Shown here in pieces: positions 1-8,931 of a stretch of 64,000 bases of DNA. The translations under genes were made by a program, and so were the position numbers. The notes beneath the pieces are model-generated. The model did not search any database. It had not been told where the DNA came from and worked only from the letters and a program-made list of their open reading frames with translations. Positions within the stretch are counted from its first letter, which is position 1. Each line of letters opens with the position of its first letter. The DNA comes from Flavipsychrobacter sp. (lineage in GTDB: Bacteria; Bacteroidota; Bacteroidia; Chitinophagales; Chitinophagaceae), in NCBI GenBank assembly GCA_024508935.1, contig JANINW010000006.1, positions 91,873-155,872 on the forward strand, in the 5' to 3' direction.

Positions 1-209
1 ATGGAAACGAACTTCTCCACTTCTTCAGCACTGCGGCCCGGCCATTGCGCAATGATAACTATCTGCGTATTGGTTACGTCCGGGAAGGTCTCAATAGGCG
101 TATTACGATAACTGACAAACCCTATTACCGCCAGCACGGCAGTAAGAAAGAACACCAGGTACCGGTGCCTTAGTGAAAAGTATATGATCTGTTTTATGAT
201 CTTATTCAT
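1..209 (-). CDS. CusA/CzcA-family heavy-metal efflux RND transporter, N-terminal part (runs off the left edge)
   Basis: Not in the ORF track. The reverse strand from ATG 209 reads MNKIIKQIIYFSLRHRYLVFFLTAVLAVIGFVSYRNTPIETFPDVTNTQIVIIAQWPGRSAEEVEKFVS. The P-I-E-x-FPDVT...WPGRSAEEVE motif is typical of CzcA/CusA. It lies downstream of the adaptor and TolC genes. Confidence 0.93.
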   Translation of the reverse strand, partial: MNKIIKQIIYFSLRHRYLVFFLTAVLAVIGFVSYRNTPIETFPDVTNTQIVIIAQWPGRSAEEVEKFVS

Positions 210-242
210 CGAAATATTTTTAAGAACATGCCTTTAAAAAGG

Positions 243-1334
243 TTATTCGTTGAGCAATTGGTTAAAAATGAACAACTGGCTTTGGGTGATCAGTTTTTGC
301 CCGGGATTCAGGTCGCTGCTGATAAATGTTTTCTCTCCCACGGTTTTGATCACATTTACTTCTACCACGTTCATATCACTATTGCTATTGTAAGTCACCA
401 CGTAGTTCTTCCCGTCTTGTGCTACCAGCGCTGCTGTAGGTATACAGGTGGCCTTATGGCCCTCTTCACTGCTTACTATCACTTTGGCAAACATGTCAGG
501 CTTCAGCATCATGTCCTTATTATCCAGCGTAATGCGTACCAGCATGGCTTTGCTTTGAGGGTCCAGCACCTGGCTTACTTTTTCTATTTTGCCGGGCAGT
601 TGCTTATCGGGGTAAGCAAGCGGTATGACTATTACATCATTACCCTCTTTTATTTTAGCTATATCGGCTTCATAAACATTAGCATTCACCCATACATTTT
701 TCAGGTCAGAGATGGTAAACAGGTTATCACCCATATCAGGACGTATAAATGAACCGGTGCTGATCTTTTTCTCAACCAGGTAACCCTCGATAGGCGCCGT
801 AATAGCATACTCGCCACCGGCGCTGGCTTTGCCGCCGCTGTTGATATTTATTACAGACTGCACCTTGCTGCGTGCTGCCAGGGCTTTTTCATAGTTCTGT
901 TTAGCCTCGGTATACTCCCGTTCACTGCTGATGCCGCTTTTGTACAGTGATGCTGTATTTTCCATCTGGCGTTTCGCAATAGCCAGATCAGCGTTAGCAC
1001 CACTCAGGTCACTGAAATTCCCTGCTACGTCGGCACTACGTATCACGGCCAGTACCTGCCCGCGTTTTACATAATCTCCCAGTGAAACTTTTGTTTCTAT
1101 CACTTGTCCACTGCTGCGCGGAAACACTTTTACAACATTGTTTTCATTAAAACTCACCTCACCGCTAAGCGATACTTCATCAGACACATTGCAGGTTTGC
1201 ACCGTATCTATGCGTATCATATGCTGCATCGTATCACTAAGGGTAAATTTTGCATCTGTGGGTTTTTCTTCTTTATGGGTGCAGGCCGCCAGCAAACTCA
1301 TGGCTATCAATGACGGTGCTATATACTTTTTCAT
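243..1334 (-). CDS. RND efflux periplasmic adaptor subunit (CzcB/CusB-like lipoprotein)
   Basis: Lipobox LLAAC; membrane-fusion-protein motifs (G.V.....V..GD.VKRGQ.L, ITAPIEG, L.PDMF); located between tolC and czcA. Confidence 0.92.
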   Translation of the reverse strand: MKKYIAPSLIAMSLLAACTHKEEKPTDAKFTLSDTMQHMIRIDTVQTCNVSDEVSLSGEVSFNENNVVKVFPRSSGQVIETKVSLGDYVKRGQVLAVIRSADVAGNFSDLSGANADLAIAKRQMENTASLYKSGISSEREYTEAKQNYEKALAARSKVQSVININSGGKASAGGEYAITAPIEGYLVEKKISTGSFIRPDMGDNLFTISDLKNVWVNANVYEADIAKIKEGNDVIVIPLAYPDKQLPGKIEKVSQVLDPQSKAMLVRITLDNKDMMLKPDMFAKVIVSSEEGHKATCIPTAALVAQDGKNYVVTYNSNSDMNVVEVNVIKTVGEKTFISSDLNPGQKLITQSQLFIFNQLLNE

Positions 1335-1369
1335 TTTATCGGTAATAATTTATTAGTCAGTATTTAGTT

Positions 1370-2665
1370 TTATTGAACCACATCCGTACCTACCTGCATA
1401 TTCAGCTCATCTTTGGCCAGTTGCAGGTTCAGTTGTTGTTGCAGTTGTTTTTGTCTTGTGTCTTTATATGCATCGAAGTAGTCTATAAATTCCACCATGC
1501 TTATCTGGCGGTTTTTAAAGCTCTCTACTATATTGCCGTATAGCTTATTGTAATCATCATAGAAATCCTGCTGCATAGATGAGGTGAGCTGCAATGTATA
1601 TTTCAGTTTATTATAAGCACTCATCACATTGTTCGACAATTCTACTTCAGCATACTGCGTATTGGCTTCTTCTGCCTTCACCTGCCAGCGGGCCGATTTG
1701 ATATTGCCCTGGTTGCGGTTCAGCAAGGGCAATGGCAATGATATACCCAGCCCCACATAGTTGGGCGTGTAGTTACTGTTCTTATCAAAATTGGGGCCGA
1801 GCGTTACGTCCGGCACAGCCAATGCTTTCTGGTAAAAAAGATTTTGCTGCTGGTATTTCAGTTGCAGTTGCTGCAGTTGGTAGGTAGTGTTATTTTGCTT
1901 TGCAAGATCTACCAACTGCAATGCAGAAACCGAAGGCATAGATGGAACAGTTATGCTTTCAGTTATAGCCTTAATGAATGTATCACCGCTTACCAGCAGT
2001 AGAGACTTCAGTTCGGCCTCTGCATCATCCAACTGCTTATCGTTCTCCGTAGCATCCTGCTGCAGGCCTATTTGCAGGGCATGCACGCGCAGCAGGTCTT
2101 TCCTGGCTATATTGCCCAGCTTATATTGGGCATTCATACCATCTGATAGCTTCTGCAACTGCTGCAGTTCTTCATCATACAATTGCTGCATGGCCAGCAG
2201 CTTGGCTACCGTATAAAAATCTGAGTGCAATGCATATTTCAGGTTGCGCAGCACGTCTTTAAACTGCCATTCGCTTATCTCTGCATTGGTACGGGCTATC
2301 TGAATTTGCTTGCCTCTTTTCCCGGCGGTCTTTATCAGTTGCTGTACCTGTATATAATACTGGCCATAAGGAGAGCCATCGGGGTTTGTGCCGTGTTCGA
2401 AATACTTGTTATTGGAATATACGTTCTGGTCGGTATTGAGTATAGGATTATCCCACAACTTAGCCTGTATGATCAGCGCCTTGCTGGCTTCAACATTATA
2501 ATGCTGCGCCAGCAGTTGCAGGTTCTTCTCCAAAAATATCTTTTCTGCTTGCTGAATGGTAAGTCCAAGCGTATCTGTAGCAGATTGCGCCTGTGCGGTG
2601 CGGGAGGACTCCAGGCAGATACAGCCGCATATACCTATGCACTGTACCAGCATTTTTTTAAACAT
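1370..2665 (-). CDS. TolC/CzcC-family outer-membrane efflux protein
   Basis: Signal peptide, coiled-coil helical repeats, 'GISLPLPLLNRNQGNI' OEP motif; first large gene of the RND operon. Confidence 0.92.
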   Translation of the reverse strand: MFKKMLVQCIGICGCICLESSRTAQAQSATDTLGLTIQQAEKIFLEKNLQLLAQHYNVEASKALIIQAKLWDNPILNTDQNVYSNNKYFEHGTNPDGSPYGQYYIQVQQLIKTAGKRGKQIQIARTNAEISEWQFKDVLRNLKYALHSDFYTVAKLLAMQQLYDEELQQLQKLSDGMNAQYKLGNIARKDLLRVHALQIGLQQDATENDKQLDDAEAELKSLLLVSGDTFIKAITESITVPSMPSVSALQLVDLAKQNNTTYQLQQLQLKYQQQNLFYQKALAVPDVTLGPNFDKNSNYTPNYVGLGISLPLPLLNRNQGNIKSARWQVKAEEANTQYAEVELSNNVMSAYNKLKYTLQLTSSMQQDFYDDYNKLYGNIVESFKNRQISMVEFIDYFDAYKDTRQKQLQQQLNLQLAKDELNMQVGTDVVQ

Positions 2666-2757
2666 GCTCTACAATTTTATTATTTAGTTCTTGTGAAAGC
2701 CTTAGAATGAAGGCCGGCATGCATACTTACACGTATGCGTAAACGGAGATATGGCTG

Positions 2758-3147
2758 TTAAGCCCTGTAAGATTTGGGAGGGGGTGGATTGATCTCCCGG
2801 TAAAAAAGGAATTTATACTGATGCGGTAATACAGGCGTATTAATAGCCACATCGTATACAGGAAGCACCGCGGGTATGATTAATTGCGGTACGATTACTT
2901 TAAAATTAATGTGCTTTACAGACTGGAACTTTTTGCTGTGTTTATGTTCCGGGAACATGACCGCCTTGTGAAACATATCGTAAGGAGAATCATAACCGGT
3001 AGCGTGGATATTGACCTGGCCCGGGTCCAGTTCTACAGAGAACCCATCATCGTCGCCATCATCCTGTGCCTGTACTCCCAATGCCATAACATTGAGTGCA
3101 AAAAGCAGACAAAAAATGCGGGCTATATGTTTGGTCAGAAAGTGCAT
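2758..3147 (-). CDS. Small exported/leader protein ending in EINPPPPK (candidate regulatory uORF of the efflux operon)
   Basis: 129 aa; signal peptide ending ALGVQA|Q, acidic DDGDDDG, His cluster, C-terminal polyproline; own TAACTTTG promoter about 20 nt upstream. Confidence 0.75.
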   Translation of the reverse strand: MHFLTKHIARIFCLLFALNVMALGVQAQDDGDDDGFSVELDPGQVNIHATGYDSPYDMFHKAVMFPEHKHSKKFQSVKHINFKVIVPQLIIPAVLPVYDVAINTPVLPHQYKFLFYREINPPPPKSYRA

Positions 3148-3166
3148 GAAGACACTAAATCGTCTA

Positions 3167-3174
3167 CAAAGTTA
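3167..3174 (-). promoter_or_regulatory. Bacteroidota sigma-A -7 element (TAACTTTG) for the leader-czcCBA operon
   Basis: Exact TAnnTTTG match on the minus strand just upstream of ATG 3147. Confidence 0.7.
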
Positions 3175-3240
3175 CTAAACACAAAAGGAAATAATCTGTT
3201 AAATATTTACTTTGTAATTTGCTCAACTTAAAATTTGGAT

Positions 3241-4341
3241 ATGCTTGTTGGTGATATAATAGCGGCAATAGAAGCCTATGCCCCGCCCGTTTACCAGGAA
3301 AATTATGACAACAGCGGCCTGCAGGTAGGTGATCCCCGAGGCGAAGCTACAGGGGTATTATTGTGCCTGGATATTACGGAAGCAATTGTTGATGAAGCTA
3401 TAGCCCGTGGTTGCAATATGATAGTGGCCCATCACCCCCTTCTTTTTAGCGGACTGAAACGCATAGCCGGTCGTACTTATGTAGAGCGCATAGTACAGAA
3501 GGCCATTAAGAACGATATTCATTTATACGCAGCACATACCAACCTGGATAATGTATACAATGGGGTGAATGCCAAAATTGCTGAAAAACTGGGGCTAAAA
3601 AACACGCGCATTCTTAGCCCTATGCCCGGTACGCTTACCAAGCTCTATACTTTTGCACCTGCCGAAGCCGCCGATAAGGTACGCGATGCTATGTTTGCAG
3701 CAGGCGCCGGCAGCATTGGCAATTACCGCGAATGCAGTTTTAATGCCCAGGGTACCGGCACCTTTAAACCGGGAATAAATACCCACCCCGTAATAGGCGA
3801 AGCCGGTGGCCCAAGAGAAAATGTGAACGAGGTAAAAATAGAAGTGCTGGTAGAGACCCATAGCCAGGCAGCCATTTTGAAGGCGCTGGTGGAGGCTCAC
3901 CCTTACGAGGAGGTAGCTTACGACCTGGTGCAGCTAAAAAATGCCAACCAGGAGCTTGGGGCAGGGATAGTTGGCGCTTTAGAAACTCCTATGGATGAAA
4001 GCAGCTTCCTGGCATTGGTCAAAGAACGCATGAAGGCTGATTGCATACGTCATACCGCCCTCAAAGGGCAACCCATTAATAAAGCAGCTATATGTGGCGG
4101 TTCCGGCAGCTTTTTGCTGAAAGACGCTATTGCAGCCGGGGCCGATATATTTATTACTGCCGACTTTAAATACCACCAGTTCTTCGACGCCGAGGGCCGG
4201 ATCGTCATAGCCGATATTGGCCATTACGAAAGCGAACAATTTACGGTAGAAATATTCGAGGCGATACTTAAGAAAAAATTTCCTAATTTTGCCATTCTTT
4301 TATCGAATTTAAATACCAATCCTGTAAAATATTTTTGTTGA
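3241..4341 (+). CDS. Nif3-like dinuclear metal-centre hexameric protein (YqfO/YbgI type, with PII-like insert)
   Basis: DNSGLQVG, AHHP, HTNLD, HPYEEVAYD and GHYESE motifs; ATG 3241 preferred over TTG 3235. Confidence 0.93.
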   Translation: MLVGDIIAAIEAYAPPVYQENYDNSGLQVGDPRGEATGVLLCLDITEAIVDEAIARGCNMIVAHHPLLFSGLKRIAGRTYVERIVQKAIKNDIHLYAAHTNLDNVYNGVNAKIAEKLGLKNTRILSPMPGTLTKLYTFAPAEAADKVRDAMFAAGAGSIGNYRECSFNAQGTGTFKPGINTHPVIGEAGGPRENVNEVKIEVLVETHSQAAILKALVEAHPYEEVAYDLVQLKNANQELGAGIVGALETPMDESSFLALVKERMKADCIRHTALKGQPINKAAICGGSGSFLLKDAIAAGADIFITADFKYHQFFDAEGRIVIADIGHYESEQFTVEIFEAILKKKFPNFAILLSNLNTNPVKYFC

Positions 4342-4342
4342 T

Positions 4343-5104
4343 ATGGCTACTGTAAAAGACTTTTCAGTTGAGGAGAAGCTGACCGCGGTCCTGACATTGC
4401 AAAAGATCGACTCTAAAATAGACGAGATCAAAACGCTGAAGGGCGAACTTCCTATGGAAGTAAAAGACCTGGAAGATGAAATTGAAGGCCTTCAAACCCG
4501 TATCCAGAACATTGATGCTGAAATAGCCAGCATCAATACCTTCATCGACGCTAAGACCGAAGCGAAGAAAGAAGCTACTGCCCTGATCAAAAAATACGAA
4601 AAACAGCAGGACAACGTTAAGAACAACCGCGAGTTCGAAGCTATTAATAAAGAAGTAGAACTGCAGGAACTGGAAGTAAAGCTGAACGATAAGCATATTA
4701 AAGATGCCAACTTCGAGCTGAAAGAGCGTGCTAACCAGCGCCTGAAGACCGAAGAAAAGATAAAAGACGTAGAAGGCGCCTTGAAAGCCAAGAAAGCTGA
4801 ACTGGAAAAGATCATAGCCGAAACAGAGAAAGAAGAAACAGTACTGGCCGACAAATCTGCCGCTGCTAAAGAAAAAGTAGATCCACGCCTGCTGGCCGCT
4901 TACGAGCGTATCCGCGGCAGCTACAGCAACGGCCTGGCGGTAGTACCTATCCACCGCGATTCATGCGGCGGTTGCTTCAACGTAATACCTCCACAGCGTC
5001 AGAGCGAAATCCGCCAGCACAAAAAGATCATCGTATGCGAACACTGCGGACGTATACTGGTTGATGCCGACCTGAACGAAACAGTATCGGGCAAACTGAA
5101 ATAA
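4343..5104 (+). CDS. C4-type zinc-ribbon coiled-coil protein (DUF164/CT398-like)
   Basis: Long coiled coil followed by CGGC...CEHCGRIL; usual partner of nif3 in Bacteroidota. Confidence 0.9.
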   Translation: MATVKDFSVEEKLTAVLTLQKIDSKIDEIKTLKGELPMEVKDLEDEIEGLQTRIQNIDAEIASINTFIDAKTEAKKEATALIKKYEKQQDNVKNNREFEAINKEVELQELEVKLNDKHIKDANFELKERANQRLKTEEKIKDVEGALKAKKAELEKIIAETEKEETVLADKSAAAKEKVDPRLLAAYERIRGSYSNGLAVVPIHRDSCGGCFNVIPPQRQSEIRQHKKIIVCEHCGRILVDADLNETVSGKLK

Positions 5105-5122
5105 TTTGCACTATTTATATGT

Positions 5123-5147
5123 AAAGGAGCCTTAAGGGCTCCTTTTT
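5123..5147 (+). terminator. Intrinsic terminator after the zinc-ribbon gene
   Basis: AAAGGAGCC-TTAAG-GGCTCCTTTTT hairpin with T-tract. Confidence 0.8.
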
Positions 5148-5207
5148 CATTTATATCATATTTCCCGGTACTGTAAATACATCTTAGGGCATAAGCAACA
5201 TTTTGCT

Positions 5208-5215
5208 TAGGTTTG
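5208..5215 (+). promoter_or_regulatory. -7 element (TAGGTTTG) for etfBA
   Basis: Exact TAnnTTTG about 55 nt upstream of etfB. Confidence 0.6.
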
Positions 5216-5270
5216 CATCCGATTTCAATGGGCAGATGCCCGCTACATATCTATAAAATTTTTACTTCTG

Positions 5271-6014
5271 ATGAAGATATTAGTTTGTATCAGTCAGGTA
5301 CCTGACACTACTACAAAGATCGCCTTCAGCGATAACAATTCCCAGTTCAATACACAAGGCGTTACTTTCATTATCAACCCGTATGATGAATGGTATGCAC
5401 TGGTGCGCGCACTGGAACTGAAAGAAGCAGGTGTTGCCAATACGGTAAACCTGGTAACAGTAGGCAAAGCAGATGCAGAACCTGTGATACGTAAGGCCCT
5501 TGCATTAGGTGGCGACGAAGCTATCCGTATAGACACAGACAGCAATGACCCTTACGTGGTGGCTGCACAAATAGCCGAATATGCTAAAACAGAAGGCTAT
5601 GACCTGGTACTGTGCGGTAAAGAATCTATTGATTACAATAACGGCTCTGTAGGTGCTATGATAGCCGGCCTGCTGGATATGAGCTTTATAGGTTTTGCTA
5701 CCGGCCTGGATATTGCCGGCGGTGTAGCTACTGTAAAGCGCGAAATAGAAGGTGGGGAAGAAACCGATACTTGCCCGCTGCCACTGGTGGTGAGCTGCCA
5801 GAAAGGTATGGCCGAGGCCCGTATACCTAATATGCGCGGTATTATGGCTGCCCGCACTAAACCGCTGAAAGTGGTACCTGCCGCAGCTATCGATGCCCTG
5901 AGCACAATTGTTGCTTATGAAATGCCGCCTGCTAAAACAGGCGTAAAGCTTATCAATCCTGAAAACATGGATGAACTGGTAAGCCTGCTGCATAACGAAG
6001 CGAAGGTTATTTAA
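5271..6014 (+). CDS. etfB: Electron transfer flavoprotein beta subunit
   Basis: MKILVCISQVPDT, INPYDEWYAL, LALGGDEA and CGKESID motifs. Confidence 0.96.
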   Translation: MKILVCISQVPDTTTKIAFSDNNSQFNTQGVTFIINPYDEWYALVRALELKEAGVANTVNLVTVGKADAEPVIRKALALGGDEAIRIDTDSNDPYVVAAQIAEYAKTEGYDLVLCGKESIDYNNGSVGAMIAGLLDMSFIGFATGLDIAGGVATVKREIEGGEETDTCPLPLVVSCQKGMAEARIPNMRGIMAARTKPLKVVPAAAIDALSTIVAYEMPPAKTGVKLINPENMDELVSLLHNEAKVI

Positions 6015-6058
6015 GAACGTCTTTTACCTTATTAATTTTACTTTTTACTTTATTTATA

Positions 6059-7036
6059 ATGTCAGTAATAGTATTAGCAGAACATCAACAAGGCAGCTTC
6101 AAAAAGAAGAGTTTTGAAGCGGTACAATATGCTGCAGGTATAGCTCAAAGCTTGGGCACCACTACCACGGCAATAGTGTTGGGCAACGCCAGCGACAGCG
6201 AGATGCAGCAACTGGGCCAGTATGGCGCCAACAAAGTATTGCAGGTAGCAGATGCGCGCCTGGACAACCTGAGCGCAACCGCCTATGCAAAGGCTATAAT
6301 AGCCGCTGCTGAAAAAGAAGGCGCTAAAGTAATTGTTGGCTCTCATGACGTGACCGGCAAAGCCGTAGCGCCACGTGTAGCGGCAAAAATGAAAGCAGGC
6401 ATGGTAGCCGGTGCGGTTTCGCAACCCGACCTGTCTAAAGGCTTTGTGGTAAAAAAGAATGTATTCTCGGGCAAAGCATTTGCTTTTGTAAACATCACCA
6501 GCGATGTAAAAGTAGTGACCCTGATGCCTAACACCTTCCCGGTAAAGAAAGGCGAAGGTAGTGTGAGCATAGAAAAACTGGATGTAGCTTTTGACGATAA
6601 AGATTTTGCTGTGCAGGTAAAAGAAGTAAGCAAAGTAACCGGTACCGTACCGCTGAGCGAAGCGGAACTGGTAGTATCCGGCGGCCGTGGTATGAAAGGC
6701 CCTGAGAACTGGGGTATACTGGAAGACCTGGCAGGCAGCCTGGGTGCAGCCCTGGCCTGTTCACGCCCGGTAGCCGATTCACACTGGCGCCCGCACCACG
6801 AGCACGTAGGCCAGACAGGCGGTACCATACGTCCTAACCTGTATATAGCTGTGGGCATCAGCGGTGCTATACAGCACCTGGCAGGTGTAAATGGTTCTAA
6901 AACCATCGTGGTGATAAACAAAGACCCTGAGGCGCCGTTCTTCAAAGCCGCAGATTACGGTGTGGTAGGCGATGCTGCAGAAGTAGTACCACGCCTTACC
7001 GCTGCCATCAAAAAATTCAAAGAAGGCCAGCATTAA
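6059..7036 (+). CDS. etfA: Electron transfer flavoprotein alpha subunit
   Basis: AELVVSGGRG, SRPVAD, QVGQTG-like HVGQTG, LYIAVGISGAIQHLAG, INKDPEAPFF. Confidence 0.96.
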   Translation: MSVIVLAEHQQGSFKKKSFEAVQYAAGIAQSLGTTTTAIVLGNASDSEMQQLGQYGANKVLQVADARLDNLSATAYAKAIIAAAEKEGAKVIVGSHDVTGKAVAPRVAAKMKAGMVAGAVSQPDLSKGFVVKKNVFSGKAFAFVNITSDVKVVTLMPNTFPVKKGEGSVSIEKLDVAFDDKDFAVQVKEVSKVTGTVPLSEAELVVSGGRGMKGPENWGILEDLAGSLGAALACSRPVADSHWRPHHEHVGQTGGTIRPNLYIAVGISGAIQHLAGVNGSKTIVVINKDPEAPFFKAADYGVVGDAAEVVPRLTAAIKKFKEGQH

Positions 7037-7058
7037 TAGCTGACATCAATGATATGGG

Positions 7059-7084
7059 AAAGGATAGCGATTGCTATCCTTTTT
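7059..7084 (+). terminator. Intrinsic terminator after etfA
   Basis: AAAGGATAGC-GATT-GCTATCCTTTTT. Confidence 0.85.
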
Positions 7085-7151
7085 GTTTTGACAACTATCG
7101 TCCTATTAGGAATTACTATACATTATCCTTTGCTACATTTTAGATATGCCT

Positions 7152-7159
7152 TATCTTTG
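7152..7159 (+). promoter_or_regulatory. -7 element (TATCTTTG)
   Basis: Exact TAnnTTTG upstream of the 7186 ORF. Confidence 0.6.
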
Positions 7160-7185
7160 CGGCCGCTAAAGCAATTATTGGAACG

Positions 7186-7638
7186 GTGCGGTATTTATCT
7201 TTGATATTATTGGTTTGTCTCTCGCTGACTACGTTTGCAGCACCGCTGCCGAGCGTAGACTTAAGCAAGCCTGTAAATGAGCACCGTATACACAGCAGTT
7301 TCCTGCGTTTCCCTTTCTTCCATAAAAAAGACCGCTATACCACCCGTGCAAACGGCTTTACACTCACCGCCGGTGTTATAGCATTTTCAGGCGCAGGCCT
7401 GGTGGCTGCATCTCTTACCCCATTGGTATTTGGCAATGGCAAGCCTGATATGACGCTGGCAAGTGTGGGCGGTTCTATGATATGCGTTTCCATTCCAATT
7501 TCACTGGCAGGCAATAGCTATAACAAAAGAAAAAACGCTGCCACTACTACAACGGTGAAACGGGCCGGCTCTTATGATACCCAGATGGAACTGGTATCTA
7601 CCAAAAATGAAGTAGGCCTGAGGGTGCACTTCAAATAA
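7186..7638 (+). CDS. Hypothetical exported/membrane protein
   Basis: Signal peptide, two hydrophobic Gly-rich segments and a C-terminal beta-strand-like VGLRVHF; GTG start. Confidence 0.6.
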   Translation: MRYLSLILLVCLSLTTFAAPLPSVDLSKPVNEHRIHSSFLRFPFFHKKDRYTTRANGFTLTAGVIAFSGAGLVAASLTPLVFGNGKPDMTLASVGGSMICVSIPISLAGNSYNKRKNAATTTTVKRAGSYDTQMELVSTKNEVGLRVHFK

Positions 7639-7668
7639 ACTTTAGCGCGGTCTTCTTGTTAGGCATGT

Positions 7669-8400
7669 ATGAAAAGCCTGGCATTTCTACTTCTTTGCAT
7701 CATTTTCAGCAATAGCACCACAGCACAATTCAACGACTCTACGTTTTATTATTTCAGCCTGAATGCTAATGGCTCGGTGACCAAAACCACCGACGGCACC
7801 ACCTACCTATTGAACAATGGCCTGAAATTCAGTGTAAAGAAGAAGAGCGTAGTACTGAACAGCAATAACACCTGGGTATATGGCGCGCAGCAAGACAGGC
7901 TGGTGAATAACGATTATACTTCCACACTGGATTTTAATATCTACAAAACGCTGCCCCATTTCTATTATTGGGGATTGGGCAGCTATACCAGCAGCTATTC
8001 GCTAAAGATCATCAACCAGGTACAGGCTGGGACAGGTATTGCCTATAATATCATAGACAAACCCGGTTTTTTGCTGAATATAAGCGATGGGATACTGTAT
8101 GAACGGAGCGACCTTAACCTTGGAGACACAGCCAGGGATGTATACAATACTTTTCGTAATTCATTGCGGTTGCGCATACACCTGAAGATAAATACGATTA
8201 TAGGCTTCAACACCAATAATTTTCTTCAAAACTCGTTGAACTATGGGGACGACCATATTATCAGATCCAGCAGCTCACTATCATTCAAAATAAAAAAATG
8301 GCTGAGCCTGAATGCAGGACTTGACTACAATAAGGTAAGCCGCACTCAGAAAGAGAATCTATTGTTTACTTATGGACTATTGGTAGAAAACTATTTCTAA
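7669..8400 (+). CDS. Outer-membrane beta-barrel protein (DUF481-like)
   Basis: Signal peptide, alternating aromatic/polar strands, C-terminal Y-x-L-x-x-x-Y-F. Confidence 0.7.
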   Translation: MKSLAFLLLCIIFSNSTTAQFNDSTFYYFSLNANGSVTKTTDGTTYLLNNGLKFSVKKKSVVLNSNNTWVYGAQQDRLVNNDYTSTLDFNIYKTLPHFYYWGLGSYTSSYSLKIINQVQAGTGIAYNIIDKPGFLLNISDGILYERSDLNLGDTARDVYNTFRNSLRLRIHLKINTIIGFNTNNFLQNSLNYGDDHIIRSSSSLSFKIKKWLSLNAGLDYNKVSRTQKENLLFTYGLLVENYF

Positions 8401-8436
8401 AAAATAAGCGCCAGCCGGTAGCCGGTTGGCGCTTAT
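8398..8436 (-). terminator. Intrinsic terminator (T-tract on the minus strand; possibly bidirectional)
   Basis: ATAAGCGCCAGCCGG-TAG-CCGGTTGGCGCTTAT 15-bp stem, preceded by an A6 run. Confidence 0.85.
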
Positions 8437-8465
8437 TAGTAAGTCAAAGTGATAGCGAAAAAAAA

Positions 8466-8642
8466 TTACTCTTCTTCTGTTTCGTCTTCTGCATCAAGGT
8501 CTTCTTCATCATCAAAATCTTCGTCTGTTTCATCCAGTTCATCTTCCTGCTCATTTTGCTCTGCGGCAGATGATCCGGTAGTGCTGCGGGGGTCTTGTTC
8601 CAGTTCGTTGTCCTGCTCTTGCGGGTGGTTGCTCGTTGTCAT
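8466..8642 (-). CDS. 58-aa hyperacidic small protein (missed by the ORF track)
   Basis: ATG...TAA reads MTTSNHPQEQDNELEQDPRSTTGSSAAEQNEQEDELDETDEDFDDEEDLDAEDETEEE; A-rich leader with A at -3; terminator just downstream. Confidence 0.75.
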   Translation of the reverse strand: MTTSNHPQEQDNELEQDPRSTTGSSAAEQNEQEDELDETDEDFDDEEDLDAEDETEEE

Positions 8643-8696
8643 GATTGCTGCTTTTTTTGAATGTTTATATTGCGTATTTATAATAAACGGCAGTAC

Positions 8697-8882
8697 TTAC
8701 GCTGTAAGCCTGTACCTGTTTTCCATTTCCTGCAGCGAAATAGCTATATGCCTTTTTACCACCTTGCTGCTGCACAGCTGAATGCCGGCGCTTAATAATG
8801 TTCTCAAATCCACAGAGGCGGGATGTTGCATTACTTTCCTTGCTTGTTCTTTCCTGAAGTAAGAGATATTCCTGCTTTTCAT
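8697..8882 (-). CDS. 61-aa basic hypothetical protein
   Basis: ATG 8882 reads MKSRNISYFRKEQARKVMQHPASVDLRTLLSAGIQLCSSKVVKRHIAISLQEMENRYRLTA; co-oriented and tightly packed between the TspO-like gene and the acidic ORF. Confidence 0.5.
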   Translation of the reverse strand: MKSRNISYFRKEQARKVMQHPASVDLRTLLSAGIQLCSSKVVKRHIAISLQEMENRYRLTA

Positions 8883-8931
8883 GTTCTTCAATTTTGTAAT
8901 AGAGAACTTAATAAAACCATGCCAAGGCAGG

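Noticed and set aside
8449-8781. 110-aa Ser-rich plus-strand ORF
   Set aside because: It is the antisense shadow of the Asp/Glu codons of the 58-aa minus-strand ORF.
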